A stretch of DNA of 64,000 nucleotides from contig JACOQA010000001.1 of NCBI GenBank assembly GCA_014297435.1, positions 192,001-256,000 of the forward strand, in the 5' to 3' direction. The DNA comes from Candidatus Nanohaloarchaea archaeon (lineage in GTDB: Archaea > Nanohalarchaeota > Nanosalinia > Nanosalinales > Nanosalinaceae). The position numbers and the translations under genes are program-made. Under the pieces are notes generated by a model. That model did not search any database, was not told the origin of the DNA, and worked only from the letters and a program-made list of their open reading frames with translations. Shown here piece by piece: positions 18,348-27,463 of the stretch (its first letter is position 1; the number at the start of each line of letters is the position of its first letter).

Positions 18348-20180
18348 TTAGAAAAACTCTTCTATCTCTTTCCAAGGAGCCTTTGTACTTTTTAGACTGG
18401 TTCCTGGAGGGAAGACTTTCCTGTAGTTGCTCCAGTCGTACCTCTTATCCATGTAAACTATTACTCCTTCATCAGTCTTTGATCGAATACATCTGCCTGC
18501 GGCCTGTATCGCACGGTTCATAGCGGGATAGCTATAGCCGTAGTCCCAGCCCTTGCCGAACAATTCATCGTAGAAGTCGATCAATTCCTTTGTTTCAAGG
18601 TCAGGTCTCTGCAGGGGAAGACCTACGACGAAAACCCCTTTCAAAACTTCTCCGGGATAGTCCACACCTTCACCAAATGAACCTGCAGCAACACCTAGTA
18701 GTACAGAGTCTTTCTCTCCTTTTCTAGCTGCGAAGTCGTCAAGAACCTCCTGTTTTTCCTCCTTGTCCATAGAACGATCCTCAATAAACAGTTTTCTGTC
18801 CGTCCTCGTTTCAAGCAACTCCTTTACCTTGTACATCATCGAGTAGCTAGGGAAGAAAACCCCACAGTTTCCATCAACTGATTCGAACGATTTCGCGAGA
18901 TACCATGCGTATTTCTGTCTCATCGAGTCGTCTCTTTCCTCGTATTTTGTGGTCAGAGTCGGTATTACTAGACTGATCTGATTCTCCTTCGGGAAAGGTG
19001 ACTCAAAGGATACCTTCTCGGTTTGTTCCTCTTCTAAGCCCGTTAAATCGATGTACATCTGTTGTGGGGTTAATGTACCTGACATCAAAACAGAGCTGAA
19101 AGACTTGTTCAAAGGTTCCTTTGTGGATATCTGTGGATCGAGACAGGAATAGTTTATTCTTATCTCGCGGTTACCTCCGCTCGTCCTAGCTCTCTTAATA
19201 CATCTGACAAATCCTTTGTCCTCACCGTTCCAGTGATCTAAAAACTCAGCTACGTTTGCGCAGTAGCTTCTTTCCTGCTCGTCCTCAACTTCCTCCGCAA
19301 CATTTTCTAGGTCGAGAATGAGTTCATCATAATCGTAGAAGCTTTCTACAGGTTCTTTCAAAGTTGTTTTTTCAAGTGTTTCTTCATGGCTTGTCTGTCC
19401 GAGTTTGTCTCGTGCTATCCGGTTTATAGCCCGATCAAGCTGCTCTAGGTATTCCTGTTCTCTGTAGTAACCAAATTTCTCTGCTTCGGTCTGCGCCTTC
19501 TTTATCTGTGGAATTGTTACAGAGCTTGAGAACAAGGACCTGGTTCTCGAAGGAAGGTTATGGGCTTCATCAACAATTATTATTGTGTCATTTAGATCGA
19601 TACCTGCTTTTTCAAATACTATTTCTCTCACGCCAGGGTGGAAGATGTGGAAGTAGTCTGCGACAACCAAGTCGGCTTCAGCCGTCATATGCATCAAGAT
19701 CTGGTAAGGACAGACATCTGTACAGCGCTTCTTGACCTCTTCCGCGGTCAAACCTTGGTTCTTGAACTCTTTGATCCGGTTCCTGGCTTCATCCGTTAAC
19801 TCGTGTGCTTCTGTAAAAGTATTGTCGTGTCTCGGGCAATCGGGTCCTTCCTGCCCTCTAATACCAGCTTCGCCCTCGCAAAGATGTGATTTTCCTATTA
19901 AGTCTACTGAAGAAACGGTTTCATCATGTTTTTCGTTAATCTTTCTTGCTGTCTCTATAGCTATCTGGTGCTGGCTGTGTCTAGGAGTGACAAAAAATAC
20001 TTTCTTATCGTTCTGTTTTGCGTACTCTAAAGCAGGTGTTATTGATCCTGCTGTCTTTCCTAGACCCGTAGGAGCATGAGCTACAACTGAGCCTTCTCTA
20101 TCTATCGCTTCTTCTACTTTTTCTATTAGTTCGTCCTGTTTCTCCCTTACCTCTGAGAACGGGAATAAGTCCATAAACAT
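18348..20180 (-). CDS. XPD/Rad3-family DNA helicase
   Basis: HAPTGLGKT, VDEAHNL, MSGTL, FFPSY, GEGVD, QAAGRCIRS. Confidence 0.93.
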   Translation of the reverse strand: MFMDLFPFSEVREKQDELIEKVEEAIDREGSVVAHAPTGLGKTAGSITPALEYAKQNDKKVFFVTPRHSQHQIAIETARKINEKHDETVSSVDLIGKSHLCEGEAGIRGQEGPDCPRHDNTFTEAHELTDEARNRIKEFKNQGLTAEEVKKRCTDVCPYQILMHMTAEADLVVADYFHIFHPGVREIVFEKAGIDLNDTIIIVDEAHNLPSRTRSLFSSSVTIPQIKKAQTEAEKFGYYREQEYLEQLDRAINRIARDKLGQTSHEETLEKTTLKEPVESFYDYDELILDLENVAEEVEDEQERSYCANVAEFLDHWNGEDKGFVRCIKRARTSGGNREIRINYSCLDPQISTKEPLNKSFSSVLMSGTLTPQQMYIDLTGLEEEQTEKVSFESPFPKENQISLVIPTLTTKYEERDDSMRQKYAWYLAKSFESVDGNCGVFFPSYSMMYKVKELLETRTDRKLFIEDRSMDKEEKQEVLDDFAARKGEKDSVLLGVAAGSFGEGVDYPGEVLKGVFVVGLPLQRPDLETKELIDFYDELFGKGWDYGYSYPAMNRAIQAAGRCIRSKTDEGVIVYMDKRYDWSNYRKVFPPGTSLKSTKAPWKEIEEFF

Positions 20181-20258
20181 TCCTCAGGACTGCAACTGAT
20201 TTTAAGCTTGACACATCTCAGGAAACAGGTAAAAAATTATTATCTAATAATCAGGTTT

Positions 20259-21137
20259 ATGAGCTGGCATGCCACTGATGCTATCGATGAAACCGTCGAG
20301 AAAACCAAGGACTTCTTGATGCCTTTTGATCTAGGTCTTTGGTCGAGACTGGCTTTAGTCGTATTTTTTGTTGGAAGTATAAGTCTGAGCGTGCCGTTGC
20401 CGCCGCTTCCGCCTGAAGCATTTATGGCTTTAACAGAAATATCTGGTATCGGAGTTTCAGCAGCCTTTATTGCAGGAATAATCGCCGTATCTTTCATAAT
20501 AGGGTTAGGCATGCTCTTCCTCTCTAGCGTGTTTAACTTTGTTCTTTTCCAGGGCTTGATCGAAGAAAATTTTGATCTAGGCAGTCTTTTCAGCCAGAAT
20601 ATAGGCAGAGGCATCCAGTTCATGAGCTTTCAGTTGGTAGCGCTTCTCGCTGGTATTATATTTTTAGCGGGAACATTTGCTCTAGCATTTGTACAGCCAT
20701 TATTCTTGATACCTGCTGTAATTGTTTTGATCCCGCTTGCAGTTATTTCGGGAATAGTTATGACGCTTGTTCATGACTTTGTTCTACCAGAAATGATCAA
20801 GAAAGACACAAACTTGATAACGTCCTTGAAATCAGTTTATCCGGATCTAAAGGATCAAAGCTTTGAAGTTCTTATCTATGTTGTGTTGAAGATAGCGATC
20901 TCTCTTGCCGTAGGCTTTGCTGTATCGTTTGGATCCATTGCAGCTATTATACTTTTGGCAGTTGTTCTAGGTATTCCTGCAGCGATCCTCTCCATGATCG
21001 GTATACCTGTAGGTGGCATCGCCATAATGCTTGGCTTGATCGGTTTCGTGATCTTGATGGTGTTTATAGTGGCTGTGCCGGTAAATGTCTTCATGTACTT
21101 TTACGCCCTGAACGTCTACGAAAAATTGCTTGAGTGA
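20259..21137 (+). CDS. Multi-pass membrane protein
   Basis: MSWHATDAIDE...PFDLGLWSRLALVVFF; about 6 TM helices. Confidence 0.8.
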   Translation: MSWHATDAIDETVEKTKDFLMPFDLGLWSRLALVVFFVGSISLSVPLPPLPPEAFMALTEISGIGVSAAFIAGIIAVSFIIGLGMLFLSSVFNFVLFQGLIEENFDLGSLFSQNIGRGIQFMSFQLVALLAGIIFLAGTFALAFVQPLFLIPAVIVLIPLAVISGIVMTLVHDFVLPEMIKKDTNLITSLKSVYPDLKDQSFEVLIYVVLKIAISLAVGFAVSFGSIAAIILLAVVLGIPAAILSMIGIPVGGIAIMLGLIGFVILMVFIVAVPVNVFMYFYALNVYEKLLE

Positions 21138-21169
21138 AAAATGAAAATGTAGAAGGGAGGGGGGAAGTA

Positions 21170-21322
21170 TTATTTGTCGAGGCTGTAGTCCTCGTACTGA
21201 AGTAAGAGTAAACGTACTGCTTCGTGGAAAGCATCGGTCTTATCCTTGAACAGTCCCTCTTCGACCATTCGATCAATCTCTTCATTTAATTCGTCCGATA
21301 GTCTTACAGAGACTGTTGACAT
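21170..21322 (-). CDS. 50-aa ribbon-helix-helix protein (not in ORF track)
   Basis: MSTVSVRLSDELNEEIDRMVEEGLFKDKTDAFHEAVRLLL. Confidence 0.8.
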   Translation of the reverse strand: MSTVSVRLSDELNEEIDRMVEEGLFKDKTDAFHEAVRLLLLQYEDYSLDK

Positions 21323-21423
21323 CCACTTTCTGTACTACAATTCCAGCAGCTTGTTTATAAAGTCTCGGTTGTTTTGTGTTACAGAAACTGAAATCTGTAA
21401 AAAATGTAATTCAAATGTATTAC

Positions 21424-22599
21424 TTAGAAATCTCCTAAGCTTGATTGCCGTCCGCCAATCATCTTAGACCTCTTTCTTAAATGGTTGTACAGGAACTTGA
21501 ACTTGTTAGATATCTCGAACTTCACCTGCCTAAAGCTATCAAGTTCCTCAGGATCATCAAAAGCATCTCTTACCGTTTCACGAATAACCCAGACGCCGAG
21601 CGGAGCCCAGTAATCAGGATGAACCTCTCTCAGTACAAGTGCTTTGGCCTGACGCTTCCTATTAATCAAGTGTTCTACTATTCCAAGTCTGGCAGCGTAG
21701 AACGCACCTGAAGTCTCCTGTGCGTACTCTGTTCTGCCCGAATATGGTTCGTGGTCGATACCTACATGCGTGTTTTCCGCGGCATTCCAGACCGAACCCG
21801 GACGCTTCATCTCAATCAACTCATACTCCCACTTGCCCGGAATCAAAAAGATGTGGAAATCGTTTCCAACATAGCTGTTCTTGTAGTATTCTATCTGCCC
21901 AAGCTCCTGATAATTCTTGATGCGGGAACGCATCTTTTTCGATATCATGTCGTCGGAAGCCGTAATACTCCAGCGTGTAGGTACTAATTTCCTGTTATCT
22001 TCTTGTCCAAGCATTCCTGTACTCAGAGACTGTTGAATCTTGTAATTGTCTATCCCTTTCTCGTGCAGTTCGTCTACCGCGGTCTCGGTCTTCACATCTG
22101 TGTCGTAGAACTTTTTCTCGATCTTTTTCTCTACTGAAGGATTCTCGTTCAGCATGAAACGGTCGATATCACCCGAAGCAGATACAGGCTTCACTCTTCC
22201 TCCAGAAATACTGCTTCCCGGCTTCTTATCAAGCTCAACCTCTATATCAACCGGTTTCTTCGACATCGCTACCTCTCTAGTATTCATAACGAAGTTTCCG
22301 GTGTTCTCGACCTTGTACTTCTTTTTCGAGTTAACTAGTGAGGTTCTCAGTGATGCTACTTTTTCGACGTTGTAGCTGTTCTTGTACCAGTCCTTCGGAG
22401 AGTCAAGCAGACTAGAATCGCCAGGATGCTGTGGAGATAGAACTCCTGTGTTAACTTTCGGGTATGTGTGAGAACCTATGAAAACTGAAGGCGCTTTTCC
22501 CTGAAACTGTTTCGCTCTCTCAATAGAAGGCATTACCTCCTGGAGCTTCCTTTTAGCCTCCTCGGAGCTCATTCCTTTCGCGAGTTTGCCGTATCCCAT
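21424..22599 (-). CDS. nreA: Nre-family DNA repair protein
   Basis: PSVFIG..YPKV, LVPTRWSITASDD, YYAARL-like FYAARL, GVWVIRETVR; C-terminal PIP box QSSLGDF. Confidence 0.92.
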   Translation of the reverse strand: MGYGKLAKGMSSEEAKRKLQEVMPSIERAKQFQGKAPSVFIGSHTYPKVNTGVLSPQHPGDSSLLDSPKDWYKNSYNVEKVASLRTSLVNSKKKYKVENTGNFVMNTREVAMSKKPVDIEVELDKKPGSSISGGRVKPVSASGDIDRFMLNENPSVEKKIEKKFYDTDVKTETAVDELHEKGIDNYKIQQSLSTGMLGQEDNRKLVPTRWSITASDDMISKKMRSRIKNYQELGQIEYYKNSYVGNDFHIFLIPGKWEYELIEMKRPGSVWNAAENTHVGIDHEPYSGRTEYAQETSGAFYAARLGIVEHLINRKRQAKALVLREVHPDYWAPLGVWVIRETVRDAFDDPEELDSFRQVKFEISNKFKFLYNHLRKRSKMIGGRQSSLGDF

Positions 22600-22686
22600 A
22601 CCTAGGAATATGGTAGAGAAATAATTTGAAGATGGTTACGAATGTATCTAGAAAATTTATCAGTTTGCTCTCTGAAGCAAATTATT

Positions 22687-23427
22687 ATGCTGTCTTTTTT
22701 GAGATCTTTAATAAGTTCAAATAGAAGCTCGAAATCAGGTCAGGAAAAAGGAACTCTCGACACAAATGTTGATGAGGCAGTTTCTAGAGCTTCAGAGATC
22801 CTTAAAGATCTAGGATTTGAACCGGAAGAAGTCAGGACTTCTTATGAGAACTACAAGAAAACTGATCTGGAACAGGGTAAGACAATAGAGAGCTACATCA
22901 AGGAGAATGATAAATTTATTTACAGCCTTGAACCTGACGAGAACGTACCTATTGCCGTTATCGTCGAAGACATTATCCGGTACTCGGATCGGGGAGTTTA
23001 TACCGACTTCTCCTACGGGGAGGATCAAGTGCAGAGAAAGCTTTCAGCCGCTTTTCCTGAAGGATATTCTATTAGATTGGAGGATCTTGAAGGTCACAAG
23101 CTTGGTTACTGGAAAGATCGAGAGGAGAATTACTATGTTGAGGAGGGCGATACTTTCCGGGCGATTCTGAAGACAGAGAACGAAGAAAGATCTACAGATT
23201 TCAGCTATCCTGAGGATCATTACGGCAAAAGCAGCTTTGATAGGCTCGTCAAACAAGTAAATAAAGATTTGCTGATTGCTGAGGATTTCAGCATATACCA
23301 GTTCAAACGCTTTGGAGATTACTGGGAATTTGCAGTTCTCAAAGATCGTGAAGCTAAAAGATTCAAGGATAAGTATGGTTCAGAATCTCAGATTGCTGAC
23401 CAAACTCTTATAGAGTTTGATTTCTAG
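22687..23427 (+). CDS. Hypothetical protein
   Basis: Long acidic ORF; start uncertain. Confidence 0.7.
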   Translation: MLSFLRSLISSNRSSKSGQEKGTLDTNVDEAVSRASEILKDLGFEPEEVRTSYENYKKTDLEQGKTIESYIKENDKFIYSLEPDENVPIAVIVEDIIRYSDRGVYTDFSYGEDQVQRKLSAAFPEGYSIRLEDLEGHKLGYWKDREENYYVEEGDTFRAILKTENEERSTDFSYPEDHYGKSSFDRLVKQVNKDLLIAEDFSIYQFKRFGDYWEFAVLKDREAKRFKDKYGSESQIADQTLIEFDF

Positions 23428-23518
23428 ATGGGAGACCAGCTGCTACACCGTTTCATAGGCGAAAGCATTTTTCCCTTTGATGTGGTCTAAGGCTCTGTCC
23501 TTTAGGTCGGGGAGGATG

Positions 23519-23932
23519 TCACCTCAGCTTAAAAAATGAGTAAAGTCCTGAGGTGTAGGTCACCAGCCAGAAACCTAGGAAGGTGTAGTAAAGCAGATCG
23601 ATTCTGGCTGTGAACAGAGAGACTATGAATGCCGCTAGGAATACATAAGCGATCATTCCGGAACCTACGTGAAGTCTCATGAAAAGCTTTGGTCTGTTCA
23701 ATCGCTGAAACGTACCTGAAATCACGCCGCTGTGAACAAAATAGACTGTGCTGAAATCAAAAATTCCTGCTACGGCTATTAAAGCTGTTAAGGTTGTAGC
23801 AGACCGGTCAAAAAGCATTAAAGCCCCGAAAAATAGTATTCCGGCAATTGTAGACCCGGTCTGATTCATTATCCTTGCGTTTGATTCTGAAACGCTGTCA
23901 AGCCTGTTTGTTATCTTGTCAGTAATCTTCAT
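23519..23932 (-). CDS. Four-TM hypothetical protein
   Basis: Four hydrophobic segments, two His residues near membranes. Confidence 0.7.
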   Translation of the reverse strand: MKITDKITNRLDSVSESNARIMNQTGSTIAGILFFGALMLFDRSATTLTALIAVAGIFDFSTVYFVHSGVISGTFQRLNRPKLFMRLHVGSGMIAYVFLAAFIVSLFTARIDLLYYTFLGFWLVTYTSGLYSFFKLR

Positions 23933-24195
23933 GGGTTCGCCAGCACCTTTTGATTTGAGTATTAGGTAATTTACGGGAAAGGTCTTATCATTCTTTAACG
24001 TATTTGATTGGGTTGTTGAGAATGCGGTTTTAGTACAATCATAATTTGTAGGTTGTTAGAACGAGACAGATTAGTAGAAAAATAGGTTATTAACCTGTTA
24101 AACATTCTAAGTAGCAGAGCGATGATTTTGGGATGAAAGAGTATCCGTGCCGTGATGCATTTAACTTTTACTAAAGAATAACAACGTGTGATAAT

Positions 24196-24789
24196 ATGGC
24201 AGAAAACACTACACCACTTTCAATGAAATCATCAGATGTTTATGCAGAAGGGGAAGTTTCACCGTCAAAAGCAGAACACGTAATGACAACACTAACGAAA
24301 GGAAGTGTTGGAGTTGAATATGACGGTCCAGGAGCACTGGAGGACAAAGAGTTAGTTGAACCAGAAGATGCAGTGGATGTTCTCAATACAGCACTAGGAT
24401 ACAGCTCACAGATGACTCCGGATGAACAACTAGAGAGACGGCAACTGATGGAAGAACTAGGATTCGACAACTCAACATATGGAAGCGGATCAGTCGTCCA
24501 AGAACTTGTAGAAGGTCATGGCAAACAAGGAGCCGATACTCCGGTGTATCTGATGGCTGCTTTTGATGAAGAATTGGCAGATAAGGAGTCAGGGATAGCC
24601 TCAGAATACGCGGTTGTAGTTGACGACCTTCAAACCGCAGTTAGATCAACCCAAGAAGATTTTGAAGCCAACCTAAAATTCACGGGAAACATGCTAGGCG
24701 AATCAACAAGCCAACGAGATGTGCAAGAATACGCTAGAACCGTCGGCGGAGAACTAAGCGAAGCTTACCAGACAATAGCCGACTTATAG
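24196..24789 (+). CDS. Acidic orphan protein converging on tRNA-Ala
   Basis: 197-aa ORF, GTGTGAT SD-like element, T-rich tract downstream. Confidence 0.75.
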   Translation: MAENTTPLSMKSSDVYAEGEVSPSKAEHVMTTLTKGSVGVEYDGPGALEDKELVEPEDAVDVLNTALGYSSQMTPDEQLERRQLMEELGFDNSTYGSGSVVQELVEGHGKQGADTPVYLMAAFDEELADKESGIASEYAVVVDDLQTAVRSTQEDFEANLKFTGNMLGESTSQRDVQEYARTVGGELSEAYQTIADL

Positions 24790-24866
24790 ATAAAGAAAAA
24801 ACCCAACTTCATTTTTACTTTCTTCCTATCTGTAGAATGTGAAGACAATATAGTTCAGTACAGGTT

Positions 24867-24941
24867 TGGACTCTCCGGGATTTGAACCCGGGGCCTTCTG
24901 CTTGCGAAGCAGATGCTCGTCCCAAGCTGAGCTAAGAGCCC
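24867..24941 (-). tRNA. tRNA-Ala(CGC)
   Basis: Reverse complement GGGCTCTTAGCTCAGC...TCTGC-TT-CGC-AA-GCAGA...GGTTCAAATCCCGGAGAGTCCA. Confidence 0.95.
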
Positions 24942-24980
24942 TTCCCTCCAAAAAGGAGATGATGTAGAAAAGTTAAAAAC

Positions 24981-25601
24981 TCAGTTCTGGTCTTCCTGGA
25001 TCTCCAGAGGTAATTCTTTGTCTTCACGGATTCCGGTAGTCATCACAAGTTTGAGACCTTCTTTGACCGAGATGTCTACATCCTCTACGTTGTCTTCTTC
25101 AGCGATTATTAGGTGTCCGGCTGTAGGATTGGGGCTTTGTGGTATGAAGATGTTGATTTTTTCTCCAAGTTCCTCGGGGGAGTCTCCTGTTACAAATCCT
25201 ATGCTTTCGATACCTTCTCTAGGATATTCTACTAGTACGACGCGCTGGTACCTGCTTTTTTCCACCATAGAGTTAGCAAGATGTCTGACAGAGAAATAGA
25301 TTGTTCTTACTAGTGGTATGAGGTTGATGGCTCTTCCTCCGCCGCCCAGTATTCTTCTTCCAAAGGTGCTGGCTGCTAATAGACCTATGAAAGTCACAAG
25401 TGTGATTATTGTAAGCCCGGTTAGTAGTTGTGCTACTAGTTCTATGTTTGCCGTATACCGAGCTAGACCTAGGTTGATAACTATAGGGTTGATAATGCCC
25501 AGAGCCCAGGTGAAAACAAGTTTTAGAACGAATATTGTAACAGCTAAAGGAGCTAGAATTATTGCGCCGGTGATAAACGAGTTTTTGAGCTTGTATCTCA
25601 T
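24981..25601 (-). CDS. DUF502 membrane protein
   Basis: FITGAIILAPLAVT, IPLVRTIY, VVLVEYPR, PQSPNPTAG. Confidence 0.9.
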   Translation of the reverse strand: MRYKLKNSFITGAIILAPLAVTIFVLKLVFTWALGIINPIVINLGLARYTANIELVAQLLTGLTIITLVTFIGLLAASTFGRRILGGGGRAINLIPLVRTIYFSVRHLANSMVEKSRYQRVVLVEYPREGIESIGFVTGDSPEELGEKINIFIPQSPNPTAGHLIIAEEDNVEDVDISVKEGLKLVMTTGIREDKELPLEIQEDQN

Positions 25602-25639
25602 GCTAACAACAGGTCTTTTCTATGGTATAAACCTTGTGT

Positions 25640-25825
25640 TCAGCTCGAATGTTTTGAGTAGTATTTTGAAACAATACTTACAAGAACAACCATCAATGTC
25701 GCGAAAACAATTAAACCCTCTACTAGACCGATAGTAGTGATGGCTACAGCTGTTAAAACCATTATAGACAAGTTCAGGATGGAGAATACAGCGAAAAGTT
25801 TGGTCGCCCTGCGGTCGATCTCCAT
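25640..25825 (-). CDS. Small two-TM hypothetical protein
   Basis: Hydrophobic ORF, divergent from 25881. Confidence 0.55.
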   Translation of the reverse strand: MEIDRRATKLFAVFSILNLSIMVLTAVAITTIGLVEGLIVFATLMVVLVSIVSKYYSKHSS

Positions 25826-25880
25826 ACTCAATAAAAACAAGTCCGGGGTTTAAATCTCTACAGCTAAATAATAGGGAAAT

Positions 25881-26087
25881 ATGAGTTTGTTACACGCAGC
25901 AATCGGTTTTTTCGCCGGAACATTCGTAGGTCTTGGGCTATCAGTGCTCTACATTAGGTGGAAAATAAGGTCCCAGCTCGGCGCCATGCAGCAGCAGATG
26001 GACTCGATGTTTGAAGCAACAGAAGCGATGAACGATTCTTTTGATGATATCGAGGAAGCTGATTTTGAAGAAAAAGAAGAGGAGTAG
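25881..26087 (+). CDS. Small single-TM protein with acidic tail
   Basis: N-terminal TM followed by Q/M-rich helix and acidic end. Confidence 0.7.
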   Translation: MSLLHAAIGFFAGTFVGLGLSVLYIRWKIRSQLGAMQQQMDSMFEATEAMNDSFDDIEEADFEEKEEE

Positions 26088-26091
26088 AGAG

Positions 26092-26325
26092 CTATTCCAT
26101 CTCCGATATCTTGTAGCCGAACCAGATCTGGTAGAGACCTGAAAGCCCTACAAGCAGGTAAACTGTTGCCTCAAGCGTCCCTTCCATAACGTCTCCAAAC
26201 AGCATGGCTACAAGGTTCCAGTTGCTCTCGAAGAAGTATCCTAGGCCGATAAGACCCCAGTTCAAGGCACCTATAATCACAAGGGTCAGGGTTGCCCAGT
26301 CTAGGAAGTTCAAGTTTCTATTCAT
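26092..26325 (-). CDS. DUF378 membrane protein
   Basis: LVIIGALNWGLIG, VYLLVGLSGLY; GGTGATC SD. Confidence 0.9.
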   Translation of the reverse strand: MNRNLNFLDWATLTLVIIGALNWGLIGLGYFFESNWNLVAMLFGDVMEGTLEATVYLLVGLSGLYQIWFGYKISEME

Positions 26326-26390
26326 AAAGTTTGATCACCTGTGAGGTTTTCCTACTTCCCGAGTTATAAGCAACGCTGTACTCTATCTAA

Positions 26391-26753
26391 CTATTTCCCG
26401 TTTTCAAGTCTTTCAGCGGTCTTCTCCATCTCATCAGAGATTGAGTGAAGCTGCTCGATGAAAGCCTCTGTCTTCGCATTGTACTGCTCGTCGATCTCAA
26501 TGTTTCTCAACGATTTACGTACATGAGCCTCTTTTACCTTCGCCATCATCTCTGCATCGTCCATAGTCTGGTCGATAATCTCGTCCAGAAGCTCGGAGAG
26601 AACACAGTTTATGACGTGTGGAACATCTCCGTCTAGTGTCTGTTCCTCGTCCATGTTTTCTCTTAGAAGTCGTGCGATCCTCCCCTCAGATAATGCAAGA
26701 TCGGAGTTTTCCAGCTGACCGTAGTTGTCAGGTACAAGCTTCTCTAAATTCAT
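26391..26753 (-). CDS. Histone-fold protein with C-terminal coiled-coil helix
   Basis: LSEGRIARLLRE (a1), D.PHVINCVLSELLDEII (a2), KVKEAHVRKSL (a3), then a heptad-like helix. Confidence 0.65.
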   Translation of the reverse strand: MNLEKLVPDNYGQLENSDLALSEGRIARLLRENMDEEQTLDGDVPHVINCVLSELLDEIIDQTMDDAEMMAKVKEAHVRKSLRNIEIDEQYNAKTEAFIEQLHSISDEMEKTAERLENGK

Positions 26754-26776
26754 AGAACTGTATGGAGAAGAAAAAT

Positions 26777-27220
26777 TTAAACGGGTTCAGTCTTGAATCC
26801 ACCGTTCCCGTTTCTCCAGTTCTTCTCATTCCTCTCCAAAGGATCTGCTATTATCTCATCATCAGTCATTTCATAACACTCAAGTATAAAGTCGGCTCTA
26901 ACGTCTGTATAATTTTCGTAGACCTCCTTCGCCGATTCCCGAACATCTTGAGCTTTAACACCATCTCTGGGAGATTCAAGGTGATCGGAGACATCTTTAA
27001 GCTTATTAATTATACTACTTAGTTGTCTCATTCTTTCCTCTGTCGCAATAAGTGTTTCAGCCGCTTTATCGGTTTCCTCGCAGTACTGTCCTGTTTCAAC
27101 TCCTGTCGTCTCCTTGTACTGTTCCAAGGTATCAAGATATGTGTTGAAGACATGTTCTGCGATACCGAGTTCGGCTTTTGCTGTCTCAACTTTGCTGTAT
27201 AGCTCTGAGATGTCCGTCAA
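26777..27220 (-). CDS. Helical hypothetical protein
   Basis: 147-aa acidic ORF with heptad character. Confidence 0.65.
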   Translation of the reverse strand: MTDISELYSKVETAKAELGIAEHVFNTYLDTLEQYKETTGVETGQYCEETDKAAETLIATEERMRQLSSIINKLKDVSDHLESPRDGVKAQDVRESAKEVYENYTDVRADFILECYEMTDDEIIADPLERNEKNWRNGNGGFKTEPV

Positions 27221-27288
27221 GTGTAGGACCCTTCGAAGTCTTGGTTTGGATCAAGTTAAATAATTTAGGGCGAAAAGTCAGGTTACAA

Positions 27289-27363
27289 GCCCGAATGGTG
27301 TAGTCTGGCCAATCATTTTGCCCTCTCGAGGCAAAGACCCGAGTTCAAATCTCGGTTCGGGCA
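27289..27363 (+). tRNA. tRNA-Glu(CTC)
   Basis: GCCCGAATGGTGTAGTCTGGCC...TTGCC-CT-CTC-GA-GGCAA...GTTCAAATCTCGGTTCGGGCA. Confidence 0.95.
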
Positions 27364-27463
27364 TGGTTCATATAGTTAAACACTCTCCGGTTATAGTTTC
27401 TAAACTTTATGCTCCTGGCAGCTTCCTAGAAATGAAAAGAAAAAGATTTGATGCGGATTTCTG

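Noticed and set aside
23428-23518. Short spacer with a possible peptide remnant or structured RNA
   Set aside because: No start codon, recognisable motif or convincing stem.
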